DNA of 64,000 bases, from contig CM120641.1 in the NCBI GenBank assembly GCA_051362555.1, forward strand, positions 26,852,401-26,916,400, read 5' to 3'. Shown here in pieces: positions 1 through 15,500 of this stretch. Origin of the DNA: Lingula anatina. Taxonomy: Eukaryota > Animalia > Brachiopoda. The notes under the pieces were generated by a model that made no database searches, had not been told where the DNA came from, and saw only the letters and a list, made by a program, of their open reading frames with translations. Position numbers and translations under genes: made by a program. The number at the start of each line of letters is the position of its first letter. The first letter of the stretch is position 1.

Positions 1-2
1 AC

Positions 3-640
3 CTGTGATAACTGGAGATATTGCATTTTCTTCACTAACACAATGGTGAGCAGGTCGTACACAGCACAGGCATTGTGGAAGGAGTGCTCCTTGGTTTCCT
101 GCACCTCAGGAGATCTCTCTAACACAGCTGCCTTGCTGGCCTGGAATGTACAGTTAATAGTTGGTTAGCTGAGAGAACACTTTCACTAGCTCTGCATTCA
201 GTCAATATAAAGCATGATTTATATAATATTTACAATCAAGTGCAATGAGAAATTGTAAGGTAATTCCTAGTCTCAGAGTAATAGACTGAGAAAGTTGGAC
301 AACACGAAGAAAAATAATTAAGGTAATATTTTTTAAGAACAAGTCAATTGTGTTTAAATGGGGGAGGGGAGGGGTCAATGTCTTCTAGGGTGGAGAACAC
401 GACCAGTGATTAGGGCCTGGAATTCTAGGTGAAAATACCAGATTAGTTATTCTCTGATGAAAACAGCTCACATCACATCTGAAGATATTTTGGTAGTTAT
501 ATCTTACAATTTCTCATAGCTTTTGATAAGTATATCATTCATGTTGGTTATGTATGTTCCTTAAAAGAATCTCTTGTAATGATAAAGAGTGTATTCATGC
601 GTGGGTGCATACACTAGTTTTTTTTTGAAAATAATAGTAA

Positions 641-680
<40 letters not shown>

Positions 681-3600
681 TTACAGTGAAAACAAAATTA
701 GAATGTCTACAGTCAGGCTAAGAACTCTGACCAACAAACATCTCACCAGAGATTCTGCAATAATCAGTAACAGCAAGCACTCTTCATCTCTCTGCTGAGG
801 TCTAAATCGACTGAAGAATAAAATACAATCATCATAAACCATCATGCATATTTTTCCTAATATTTTTATATTCCAAAACAAAAGCTACACTCAGTTTTAA
901 AGCTACACATGAAGTCAAAGCTTTGCTATTAAGCTTGACCAAAATGCTTTCATGTAGTTTCGAATAGCATGTCAAAGGGTGTCGTCTCATACTTCAGGAA
1001 AAACAATGTTTGAAGTGATATTTTTGGCATTCTTTCTGTCCTATATATATGACCTTTAGTTGTTCTCATCCAGTCTTGTTTGAAATTTATGTTATTGCAT
1101 GTGCTGTAGCAATGCATCATATATTACTACATCATTTGGCAGACATTCATGAACTAGGAGGATTGATAAATGGGTCAAATTTACAACCAGAAATTTGAAG
1201 ATTAAGGTTCAGTTTTAAAACTATTTTTTTGGCTGCCCAAGGGATTACTTATTTGGTTTATCCCTTGGCATGTTGAATTTATTTGAGTTGTATAAAAAAC
1301 TAGCAAAAGTTGTTTATATGTGTCATATGGTATCCCCACACTCGCTTCATGTGTTACTTTAACGTGTATATGCAAATCCCTTAAATACCTTGAACCAACA
1401 TATCTTCTAGGCTCTAATGTATTTTCTCCAAGTTTTTTCCTGCCTGTAACATTCTCTGGTGGCATGTAGGTTTTATCACAAACACCCCTTAAAAGAACTT
1501 CTGCAAGCTGTCTTGCTAGGGTCTGAAAAGAAATTTCAATTGATCAGCTGTCTTTTTATGTCTTGCTTAATGAAAAATAACACAAGTGTGGTTCCAGCAC
1601 ATATCTTTCTAGTATTATTCTATATATTCCCAAAAACAAGATAAATAAATAAATAAATAAATATTAAATGAAAAACAAATAAAAATGTAATTCCACTCAG
1701 AATAAAGCCAATGGTTAAATGTCTAGTTCATTAGGGATTTCAAAAGATATTCATTTTGTCTTTACACACTTGAAACAAAATGTTTACCATTCTCATGCTT
1801 TGTGTTGATCTGGATTCCACAGCTGTTAGGAGTTCTCTAAAGGCTCCAATACCTCGATTGAGCTTCCTAAAAGTTTAAGAGAAAATCAAATTATTTCAAT
1901 GACAAAATAAAATCATAATTACAGCTGCAGCCATAAACAAGCTCAGTGAAATGGCAAATATATCTAAAACTTTGCTGCTCTATGATATCACCAAGCTAAA
2001 TACCAACCTTATTAGTTGAAAATAATTTTCATTCAATATTTTAAAATACTTACAACAGCAGTTAATTTTAATTCATATTCAAGAAGACAATAAACCTACA
2101 GTCTATCTTAAATGTGCAAGTTAACATAACTTTAAGTGTCAGATAATACTCTCACTCACCCTTGAGAAATATACAGTATGGGAGACTTCTGTAGAGCAGT
2201 TTCTAGTATTGTTCCAATACCATTCTGCGAAGTAGAACTCCAAGACCCACTATAAGATCCACTGCTACTGGGCACAGCTTGGGTCAGCCCCTTGTCCATC
2301 TCTTGTAAATGGACAATGGCAAGATCCCCTGCCTTCTCATAGTAGCCAACAATTCTTTCATTGTGTTCTTGTTGTTTGAGTGGTGTGGTGGCTGTTGGGG
2401 GTGGCAATTTCTCTAAACACATACCTGAAACAGGTGTATTAATAACCAATATCAGCATGTTAATGTCTTGTTGCATTACTCACTACAAAGTGTTATCAAG
2501 CAGGTTAAAAGCGGTTATTAAGGAATTACACTGCAAGATAAGATAATGAACAATTCTGTCAATAAATCTGTCAATATTCTTACCCTTTATGGCAAATGCT
2601 TCTGCAATGATCTTGAGCATTCTTGTTGAGACATTTTGTACACTGAGAGTATCTAAACCCAGATCTCCCAAACAGTCCAAGGTCTTCTTGTACTCTGCCA
2701 TCACAAAATATGCCTTCGCCAGGAGGAGCTGAGCTTCTTTTTTGAGTTCAGGCTGGCAAATAGAGAAGAGTTTATGGACAGTTCAACCATGTGCTTAATA
2801 TACTATATTTTTAACATACCAAGAAAATAAGAGCATTACTTGTTTCACAAGAATATTTTGATTACTTATATATGTTGCTCATATACTATTTCTTATTAAC
2901 AGAAATTTGTAAAAGAAATAGTAACTTACTCTTAAATGAAACCCTTTGATGGCCTCCTTCAAGTGATTTTCAACTTCACTGAGATCTTCTTTAGCTTTAG
3001 CTATTGACTGATCATCTGTTTTAGATACAGCGGAGTATTCTTCAAGTTGTTTTTCGCCCATGAGGAATTTGGTCAAAGTTTCTACAAACACAAAACATAC
3101 AAAATGACATAAAACTATTCACAAAAGTCATGCAAGATTTTAAGGCAAATAAATAAATATATACTTTTCAAAAAGCACCTGGCATAGTGAATGGTACCAT
3201 GCGAAATAATGTGTTAGCGCTATTATTTACATTTTCCATATCTACTATTCTGTTAATGCATGAAAGATATCAGTAAAGATCACTTTTAAATTATGTTCTG
3301 TTAGCAGATCTGCCCAAACGTGAATGGTCTAAGACATCAAACTGCTGAAAGACCACCAATTTTGCTAATGACAGTATTGTGAATGATTTTGCTATATACA
3401 GTATTGTAAATGAGATTTCAGAATTCACAAAGTGGGTCAAATTATGCTTCCCTCCCAGAACCAAACAGTGCAAAAAATCATGTATTGAATGGAAGTTGCT
3501 TCAAGGTCCATGTGGCCTCCTTTTTGTATTCAGAAGTTTATTAATGGCAGATTCCAAAAGGCTTATGATTTAATGGCAGCATATCTGGTAGATGACCAGA

Positions 3601-4364
3601 TTAACCTGACCTCATTCACCATCAATGGCAAATTGGTTGGCTTTCCAGCAGTGTGCATCTTGAGGAAATGAGCAAGCAAAAGATTTGACAGCTTCAAACA
3701 CACATCTCAGTCTTTAACTGACCATCACCTCACAGATAGGTCAGGCCCATAGCCAGGGGGGGTTCGGGGGGTTCAAAAGAACCGCCCCTTTTGCTGGGAA
3801 AAGGTCCATTCTGGGTAAAATGTGATCTAGGTAAATGAAGTTTTTATGGGAAAAGGTCCACTTTTTCAGAAAAAGAACCCCCCTTTTGAAATTGCTGGCT
3901 ACGGGCCTGTAGGTGAACCTTTGTAAATTATTTATATATTTAAAACCATAATTTCAAATCTAGGAAATGTTGAAGGCAGTGAGAATTACACCGTAGGCCA
4001 GCTACAGAGAAGCAACCATATGTTAAACACGTGCATTAATTCAAAAATAATACCCTTTTGTTGACTAAAACTAAGTGGGATTTCTAAAGGCATTCCAACA
4101 TACAATGTTATTTTCATAAATAAGGAGGTGCACAGCTTTCACAAGGCTGACAAGCCGGTGGGCGCAAGCCGGTCGCTTGGACGGAGATTATTTACATTGC
4201 AATCTGTTTAGCAAAAGCAATAAAATCATGTCATATCCCTTACCAAACCCGGGCGATCTATTAGATAGCTGTGTGGCCAATTCAAATGCCTTAGACCAAT
4301 TAGCTTCCCCTCGAGCACGTTCTAGTTCGCTTTCAAGCCGAGCGACCTTCGTTTTCGCCGCCAT
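3..4364 (-). CDS. TTC7B: Tetratricopeptide repeat protein 7 (TTC7B-like PI4KA scaffold), first eight coding exons; gene continues beyond the left edge
   Basis: GT-AG exons with consistent phases: 4244-4364, 2930-3081, 2584-2752, 2160-2424, 1788-1866, 1389-1522, 747-810, 3-140. Translation MAAKTKVARLESELERARGEANWSKA...IIAEAFAIKGMCLEKLP...LARQLAEVLLRG...AVYDLLTIVL matches the TTC7A/B N-terminus as I recall it (RLETEIERCRSECQW; IAEAYATKGLCLEKLP). Confidence 0.9.
649..677. repeat. (AT)n microsatellite
   Basis: Visible ATATAT run after a poly-A tract. Confidence 0.9.
3742..3909. mobile_element. MITE, about 168 bp, in TTC7 intron 1
   Basis: TIRs caggcccatagccag and ctggctacgggcctg; flanked on both sides by TAGGT (3737-3741 and 3910-3914). 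Confidence 0.8.
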
Positions 4365-4611
4365 GTTTATTGTGAATTACAAAGTAGGTCGACTTTTAAT
4401 CGCAAAAATGTAAGTGGAGAAAAAAATGAAAATTTCAGTTATTTTCATACAGTTAGTCCAATACCATATACTTTGCTTGCATAAAACTAGATATTTTTTG
4501 TATTTACTAAGTTTATAAGTAAATTGATAATCCAGCAAAAAAGAAACCATATCTTTATTTGTAATGCGTACGAGATTAGTTACTCCTTGTTTTGCCATCT
4601 CAGACCCCGCA
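4365..4611. promoter_or_regulatory. Compact bidirectional promoter region between TTC7 and RPS27A
   Basis: TTC7 ATG at 4364 (-) and RPS27A TOP start at about 4612 (+) are about 250 bp apart and divergent; CpGs are retained locally. Confidence 0.7.
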
Positions 4612-4643
4612 CTTCCTTTTCATGCTGGCCGCCTGACAAAAAG
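4612..4643 (+). promoter_or_regulatory. RPS27A: RPS27A non-coding exon 1 with 5'TOP/TCT initiator
   Basis: CTTCCTTTT pyrimidine tract typical of ribosomal protein TSSs, followed by an AAG|gtaat donor at 4643/4644. Confidence 0.75.
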
Positions 4644-5081
4644 GTAATAGTGTGAAAAAGAGCCAAAAGAAGTGCAATTATTTTACATCATGTGTGCGTC
4701 CAATATTTGTTCTATGATTTATTTGGGATCAGAAATGATGTATCACAATGTAATTCCCTTAAAGAAGCCTGAACATTGTGCAGAAAATGTAGCAAATCGC
4801 ATTTGGGAATAGACACTGTGTCTTATGAATGGATATGGAATTACTTGGATTTGAGAAATATGTTACGCAGTATTAGATGTACATATAATGTTCACTTGGT
4901 GCACCATATGGGAATAGTTCAAACATTGAAACACCAGTTTTTAGAATATAAAAGCTATCATCATTTTGAAATATTTGACACTACAACTAAATTTCATGAC
5001 TGTGGGGGGGGGGGGGGCTAGCAGCTACATGATATATGGAACAGTGTTACATGCATGGCATGAATATCAAATATATTGCTT

Positions 5082-5151
5082 TTGCTGTGATGAACAGCTA
5101 ACTTAGGACACCTTCTGAAGTCTGATGAGTAATGCTGTTATTTCTGAGCAA
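5082..5151 (+). ncRNA. SNORD58: Box C/D snoRNA, SNORD58-like, copy 1 (RPS27A intron 1)
   Basis: Terminal stem ttgc..gcaa; C box GTGATGA 5087; guide cttaggacacct antisense to conserved 28S AGGUGUCCUAAG; D' CTGA; C' CTGATGA; D CTGA 5144. Confidence 0.85.
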
Positions 5152-5271
5152 TTGACATTAATATATTATTGGGACATGTGACAAAGAAAGGTGGAGGTTG
5201 TGCTACAAAATTTGACAGATGATGCCATCTTATAATGTCTATCACTCCACTTTATAGGTTGAAGGCGGAAG

Positions 5272-7478
<2,207 letters not shown>

Positions 7479-9537
7479 AATGAATTTGCTGTATAAATAT
7501 ATAAATATGTGAAATAAAAAAAAATGTCCAACCTGATTTCATTGTCTTGTGGCATTAATTCATGAGTGAGAGCTGATGTTTTCAAATATGAAGTACCTTG
7601 GTAACAGGATGGGTGAAATTTTTCTGGATTGTGCATTATTTCAGGATTTTTAGTCTTCAATTTGATCATTTTTTTCTCCCGTTTTAAATGCAATGAGAAA
7701 TTAAAAGCCATGTAACAGTGTTTTAAGAGCCTCGGTTAAATTTCTGTTCAAGATAAATGAAAATAATCTAGTTGCCAAAGTGTGCAAAACCAGTTTTTGC
7801 TTACCACAAGCCTCAGACTTCTCTTATAAACTGACAGAGAAATGATATGCCTCTGACAATTCACTTTAATTACATAAATTTACCAATGAAATAACTGGTT
7901 CACAACATCCATTCTCTTAATGGATAGCCATTTGGCAAGTAGACCACTTACCCATCCACCTCAAAAAGCTTGGTGGCAATGAGTTTGAAGTTTAGTCCAG
8001 ATGGGCAGTTCTCATCCAGGTGGCCAAATTTGAATAGAAAATGCACGAAACTGAGTGAATGACTTATGTTAGCAGTCCTTTGGTGCGAAATGTGATAATT
8101 TTTGACAAGGCCAGCAAACTAAATATGTCGAAAGATCTTTGATTGCTTGGAATAACCCGATGTGCTGTTGCTAAGACCCCCCCCCCATAGACATCCCTAA
8201 CTTAGTGACAAATGTTTCTCCATGGAAGTCAAAATTGCTATAATGATTATTTATTTTACTGTTGTAAACCATAGAAGGTATAACACGTTAGTTAACAGTA
8301 TTTACTTATTCTAACACACATAAATGGAGAAACTAATATTATATGAATATTGACATTGAATTTATATAAAATTTGAAAATTATATATGTAAGTAGAGAAA
8401 AAACATTGCAATTCTAAAATTGGACCATCCGTTTTATATGTGCATTCATCTCGGTGCATAAAATATTTCACTCATGACCTGATAAAAAAGAAAAAAATTA
8501 GATGGAAAACAATGTTGTTTTTCAGACCAGCAGCTAGATGTTGTCAGTCATTATGAAATAGGAGTCTGTGAAATTTAAATTATATACATAAAGCAACGTA
8601 CCCAAAACACTGTTATATATTTTAGTCGTGTTGAAAATAGAATTTTCTCACTATACCAAAACCTTTTCAGTATTTCTAGATATGAAAACTATACATAAAT
8701 TTCCCTTTATTTATTTTACAGCATTATTTTCGAAACGAACAAAACACTAGGGATTTTGTGGAATGAAAGAAAACATAAATTAATTATAATTGCTCTGCGA
8801 ATCGTGCAGTTTATTTTAATAATATGTCAAAATAAAAAAGTTCCTACTCTGTTGACAATGTCAGGTGTTTTTAGTTTCCCTCACTGCCAATAGATGGTGC
8901 TAGTGATTTTCATTTAAAGTTTTGCTACTTTTCAAAACTCGGAAGCAGTCTCAAAAGTATATAAATTTTTTGCATCACAAACGAATGGTTACAATATTGA
9001 TTTATTTCCAAGCAAACTTGACCATTTCTTATATTGCACACCGATTTTACGAGTTTTCGTGATAAAAGTCTAGGGGATACCTGCACGTAGTTCCTTTTTT
9101 TTTTAAGCAAGGCGGAAGGATACAAGCAGTAATGCGGCCTCAAGGTGCGTGACATAAGGTCACTTGTCATAGTAGTATCATCTCCACAGGTAATGGTGTA
9201 ACGGAGCTCCAAATTCAAAACATCGGTCGGCCTGCGGTTGTCACCGGGATAAAAGGATATCACAAATGCACTGGAAATTACTTCTTGGTGATCTGAATGT
9301 GGAATAATATACTTGTCAATCGCTTAATAAGTTGTTCTCAAGAGCTGGCACCTGTATTGTCTACTGGCTACAGTCGTTATTCGAATGTAAACAACGGCAG
9401 AGAAACAGGGGAGGAAACTATGCGATTTTATCACGTTAGTCGGATTAACCACTGTTGAGACAGCTAAAGATGTAGCAGCATGGAGTATTTTGAGAGATCG
9501 TCTTAGTGGCAAACTTTAAAAGACACTGTCTAGGAAA

Positions 9538-12500
9538 ATGGCTGCCGTCTCAAACTTTATGGCTTCGGCCTTAGTCACTTGGGTATGGTTTTTATGATTC
9601 ATTGTTTCAGTTTGAAAATCCTAGTTTTGTTATGATTTGAATTTTTAATATGAAAGAGAAGAAATTACTTTAACGCTACAATGCACAATGCCTTAAGTTG
9701 TTAATACTTAAACGTTAAATTTAGTTGGAAAGTCGTGAAGTTTTCATGTTGTTTTGCTTTTGAGATCAGATCTTAAGAATAAGGCATATTGTATCATTTT
9801 CTTTTATAATTATTCATGGTTGTTTTAAGTGAAATCTGAAAACAGCTGATTCAGTTTAAAATGCAGCAAACAAAATACCACCACCTTTTGTACAATGGTT
9901 AATCATTTTATATAGTTATAGTATATCCCCTCCCCCTCCAGATAAGCTGAATTACCGATCCTCTGAATTTCAATATTTCTCTAAATTTGGTTATGTGGTC
10001 ACTGTTATTAGTGCTTCCGTTATTCAAAGAAACTTTGAAAATTAACTTAATTTTTTTATGTTTATACAAGAAACTTAAAACTCAACCTCAGTATAACAAG
10101 AGATGTGATAATTTCAGGGGCGAACATCAAAAATTGCATGATTAAATTGCAAAACCAATATATTTGAATAGCAGAGGCATTGATCATAGTCTTCATTAAC
10201 TTAATTTTGAAAAAAAAAAAAAAACAGAACATCCATGACTTGCATATAAGTTTGTGCTGGGGTATTTGTCATCAGTTTTATGTGAATTATTTATTTATTC
10301 CAGGTGAAAACATTCCAGCAGGAAGGAGACAGGGAGCTGGAATATCAAGACTTCTGTGATGGAATATTTCTCAATGAAGTCATGCAACACATGTACGTAT
10401 CAAGCACAACATTTTATGACCCATGATGGTATTAATTTCCACCTATTGATATACTGACTATAAGTCAAGAATATTGCATCAATAGGTGTATGTGTAGCGA
10501 TGCTGGGTCTTTCCTATAGGTTTGTATTTGCTGTGTATTAGCTTATGGCTGAAGTTATAGATGGAGGCAGAAGAGGAACTAGTCTTGTGATTTTCCCCAA
10601 ATGTTTTTCACTGTGGCTGAAGTTATAGATGGTGGCAGAGGAGGAACTAGTCTTGTGATTTTCCCAAATTGTTTTTCACTAGTTAAGTAGGAGTACACCC
10701 AGGGTAAAGGTCCAGACCCCCTTTTCATCATGACATTCCTTCATGATGCCTTGTCTTTTCTCAACCTGTAGTTAATAGTACAGCCATGAGGCCCTATGTT
10801 ACCTGATTTATATCTCTCCACACTTTGTTTCTAACTCTATTTCTTTAAATTTTTTATGACGGATGCCTCTTCAAAATGGTACTAAGTGATAACTTCCTTA
10901 GATTGATATGGGCTCAGTGGGCCTCCACATATAATGTAGCCTTACTGTACCTCCTGTCTTCCCAGTTAGATACAAACAATATGCTTTGATAAAGTAAGGT
11001 GAAATAATGGCATCCCAAAATTGATCACCTCTTGTCAGTGTGTGCTAAAAGTATTGATTCTGTAATTTGTACGGATGTCTGTGTTCATCATTCAGATTAT
11101 TTCGGTATTGTAACTGCTATAGTTGCCAATCCCCTCTCTGTGTTCTATAAAACTTCTTACAGAAAGTCTTGATATTGGGCCAGCTCTTTGTTTGATTAAG
11201 ATAAGCTTCACTGTGCAGTTTATTAATTCTGCTTGATTACAGAATATAAATCAGATAATGGTGAAATGAAGCCCATAGTGAGAGTCACAGAAAACTCGGC
11301 ATTTGATGGTGACTATTTTTCCCAGTTTTCACTGGTATTTTAGCCCAATGTTTTGACAAAATGCCCTTTTAAAATAGAATTTAATTGAAGTGTTTGAAGA
11401 ATGAATAACTGTGTTTATTTGTGCTTAATCAGATAAGACTATTTACTTTTTGAAATATGACTCTGTGGAAAGGGTTACTTTAAATACACTAGCACTATAG
11501 TATATGAAAAAAATCTACCCAGGAATATATATGTAGAATTGGTTTGGGAAGAATTCTCTCTCTTCTGGATCACTGAAAACAAGTTGGATCAGGAATATTT
11601 TTCAAATTTGAAGTGTTACTGAAATTTACCACTAAAGTTGAGCTGTCTAAAAGGTTAGAATTGTTAGCTTAATACTGGTAGACCAAACTTTCTTTGGTCG
11701 CCATGTTGCTTGACCATTAAATAGGAGGAGGACAGTCTGAAAGCTCTCTTTCACACATTGTTTTCACAGGCCTAGGTGCAAGTATTTAAGTGTTGGTATT
11801 ACTCTGTTAAATGTTTCTCTTTTCATGGGTGAAGAGCTCCCAATATCTCAATCAATTTTCCACAAGAAAGGAATGTAAGAGAAATGTTTTGATGACCCAA
11901 TTCACTGTAAGGGAAGGGTCTATTTGAGGAAAGACCATTCCTGAATATGAACACTATATAACAGCAAGTGTATCAGCAGAAATGGCTTTAAGTCTGATGG
12001 AGTATTTTCTTTATCGGCCCCTGATTGCTTTAAAAGCCAAGAAATGGCACATTTACATATAAAGGGAATTGTTTCACAATGCGTCACCTTTTGTCGTAAT
12101 TATGAGTCTATAGCCACATCATGAACCAAATTATATCTTCCAGGTCTAGTCATATCAATTTATAGCTGTACATTCTGTATGACAAAGCATGCAGACTGAA
12201 GTGGCGTTTTGTTTTATGAGATTCAGCCTCTGGGAGTTCCTGTGTCTTACCTGAGTGTCTCCAGGGAAAGTGACTAATGGCAGGATAAAGGCGGACATTT
12301 GTGTTATTATTGATTTCTCGTCTGAGAGAGAAACTCTGGTGCTTGTGACTGAACCACACCTTTGCATATTTTATGTGCAAAAGGCAAGATTGATAAAGGT
12401 GCGATCAAGCACAATAATGCATAACTAGTGTTTGATTTGAAATTGGGAATCCAGACAAATTAATAAGTAAGGGGCATGCTATGTAAAACTCCCAATGTTT

Positions 12501-15500
12501 CAGGATGCATGGTGAAGTGCTGTAGTAATAAAGCTACTGTAGTTGTAATGGGAGACTATTAAGTATTGTGTGCATAAAAATTGCACCAGCCAGTAATTAA
12601 GCTCCAGTGACAAGAATTTCATTTTAAACCAGTTCAGCCATTTGGTATTTTTAACAATTTTGCCCTCGTTGGTTAAAATTTCCTGACATCTGGTATATTG
12701 ACCACTGAAGGGACTTTTCACCTATTTCAAATACACCTCTAATCCCCTAAGCAAACGGAGGACAATATTAGCAAATATGTTCATGGCGTAAAGTAATGGA
12801 GCAGAAACATTAGTTCACTTCAAATATCTAAATTTACAGAGGTATATCCTTTACATTTAGTACAATACAAAGGTAGCTGGTGTTTTGATAGAGCAAAGTT
12901 ATGGAGATTTGATATCTTGAGGTCATTAGTATTGTGCGTTCATTTTGTTTGTCTTATGTACAGGAGGTTATCAGAGAAGTTAAAAGACGGAGAATTTTTA
13001 TCACATCCGTAGGCTAAATGATCTTGGTTTCTTTAAAGGCCACTCTTGTTAAAAGGTAGCTGCATAATGTGTCTTATCTTAATCATTCTTTTATAGTGTC
13101 ATATCAGTGTTTTAAGATGAAAGCTGGTAATCCCGAACAAAAGAGTTGGAAATAATTCACTTTAGTTCCTACTTCTATGAGTGATTTTTCTTTTTCCTTT
13201 TATTTTTTGAAGTCTATTGTTGGTGTGTTTACCTTCTATTCTGTTTTATCTTTTATGCTCAGTGAAAGAAGGGGAACAGGAAAAAATAGAATAAGGTCAT
13301 GAAAATATTGTTGTGTTATATTGTGGGATTATGTTACACTACTTTTTTTTTCAATGTCTGATCAGAAAAAATGAACATTGTGATAGCATTGGCCACTTTT
13401 CCAACCCAAGATTGATTGAAGAGATTGAAGAGACCTGCTTTTTGTGATTCTTTTCCACGGAGTACAGTCAGAATAAAAGGAGTTTGTAATAAAGTACACT
13501 TTCACCCCCTGTTTCAAAGATGAAAATCCTTCTCCTGGGGTCTTTTCTAGGTGGACCTTTCTACTTGCTGCCTTGCACTTTCAGTCTCTCTTCATAATAT
13601 CTTTTGACACTTTACAGAATCGCTTACTTCAGCACTCAACCTTTGTTCCTCACGACTTTTCTTGCTAGTTAGCAACCTGATATGGGAATGAAAACAAGCA
13701 AAATCTTGATATACCTGTCTTCATGGCATTCCTCACACTCAGATAATCTGGCAAAAAAGAAAGGAAGAAAAACAGATTAAGCAGCATTACGTGCTTAGTT
13801 GTAAACAGTTTCTCCTTGAAATCAAAATACCAGTTAATCTACAAGTGATCCCCTGCATTCCTTGCCTCCAAGAACAACTTGTGCTCTTTTCTCAAATCAT
13901 TTGGAAAGATCCTAACTGGGGGAGTTTGGTTCTGAAGGTATCAGACTGTTTTGATTCTCAGCTAGACACCAGAAAGGTTTATAGAGAAAAGGCTTGTATT
14001 CTCACTTTCTGTTGTTGTTTTTGTAAAAGAATGCAAGAATGTGTATGGTTTCAATAAACCTCATTCATTTTCTTTTTTTTTTTTTTTTTGCATTAACTAA
14101 GTAACTTATTTTAGCAGGTGCTTTTTAGAACGTTTTGGAAATAACATCGTGGAAAGTTCATGACACTTTCAAAAAATGCATCACATTTTGTCTGTTTGAC
14201 TTCAAGGCCATCTGCTGTTCAAGCATTGAAAATAATAAAGTAAACAATTGATAATAACTGTTCAAAAATTTCAGCATCATTTAAAATTGCTAGAGACTAT
14301 TCCTTTTAAACATGCTTTTGGCCAATACAGCAACCAAAATTTTATAAGCAGACCACATACTGTTTTTTTCTTAGTTTGAATTGTTATTATTATTATTATT
14401 ATATTGTAGCGATCCCCGTCCTAACACAGAGAAGTACAGTATATCCCGTCCAGTTGAAGATGTGGCTGGAAGACTTCAGAACTGGGACATTTTGGTGAAG
14501 GCTCTCAAATCATACTACCAGGTAAGAGCAGCAGTGATATTTATGATATGGCAAGTACATATTGAGAAGGAAATGAATCGATTTTCATTCAGAGGGACTT
14601 TATTATTAAATGGGGGATTTATTACTTTGCCATGTAAATAATTGCATCGTGATAACGTTGAAAAAAAGAAATGACTTGATTTTCCTTCAGAGGGACTTCA
14701 TTATTTAATGGGGGCTTTATTACTTCGTCATGCAAATAAATCAGACTGCCAGCAGACATGGAGACAAAGACATAATGAATCATGGGAAAATTGGAAGAAA
14801 GTGTGGCGACTTGTGGAAGTCAGGGATTTTATTTTATAAACAAAGGCTCACACATAATTTCATTTTTTTTAATGGGAGAATGGTTGGAATCTGTTATCAG
14901 CAGGTCTCTCCTTTTTTATATGGCTTGGCAAAAGTCACCTGTTTGAGACCATGTAGCATGTGTTTCTTAGGTTGCGTTCACAATATAAGTCATCATACTA
15001 GCAGGATTGATCTATCTCGGCAGGGATTCTCATGAAGGCGCATTCATTGTAATCAGCTGTATTGTCTGGCACGCCCCCTCGTAACTTAAAGTACTAAAAA
15101 AAGTTTGGAAAACTTTGTGGTCTGTAATATTGTTAATGTTGCTTTAATTTGCAAGGAGGCATGTTAGGCAAGCTCTGATAACATTGACCATGCCTTGGTG
15201 AGAATCCTCGTTGAGATAGATCGATCCTGCTAGCATGATTGCATTATTCTGAACACAGCCTGAGAAAAAAATTCTAAAACTCAGCTTGCATGAGATACTG
15301 ACAGGAAGCTAGCAATATCAATTATACCACAGGTGTGTGATATATATGTGAACAGACTGCCCAGTAAGCAGGAGACTGTCTGGACATTTAATTTTTGATC
15401 TATGAATAACAGCTAGTGGACAACACAAAACATGTTCCTAAATCATTGGTGGTGGTTCCTTTAATTCCTTTGATCTGTTCCTCTCATGTATCCATCAGGG

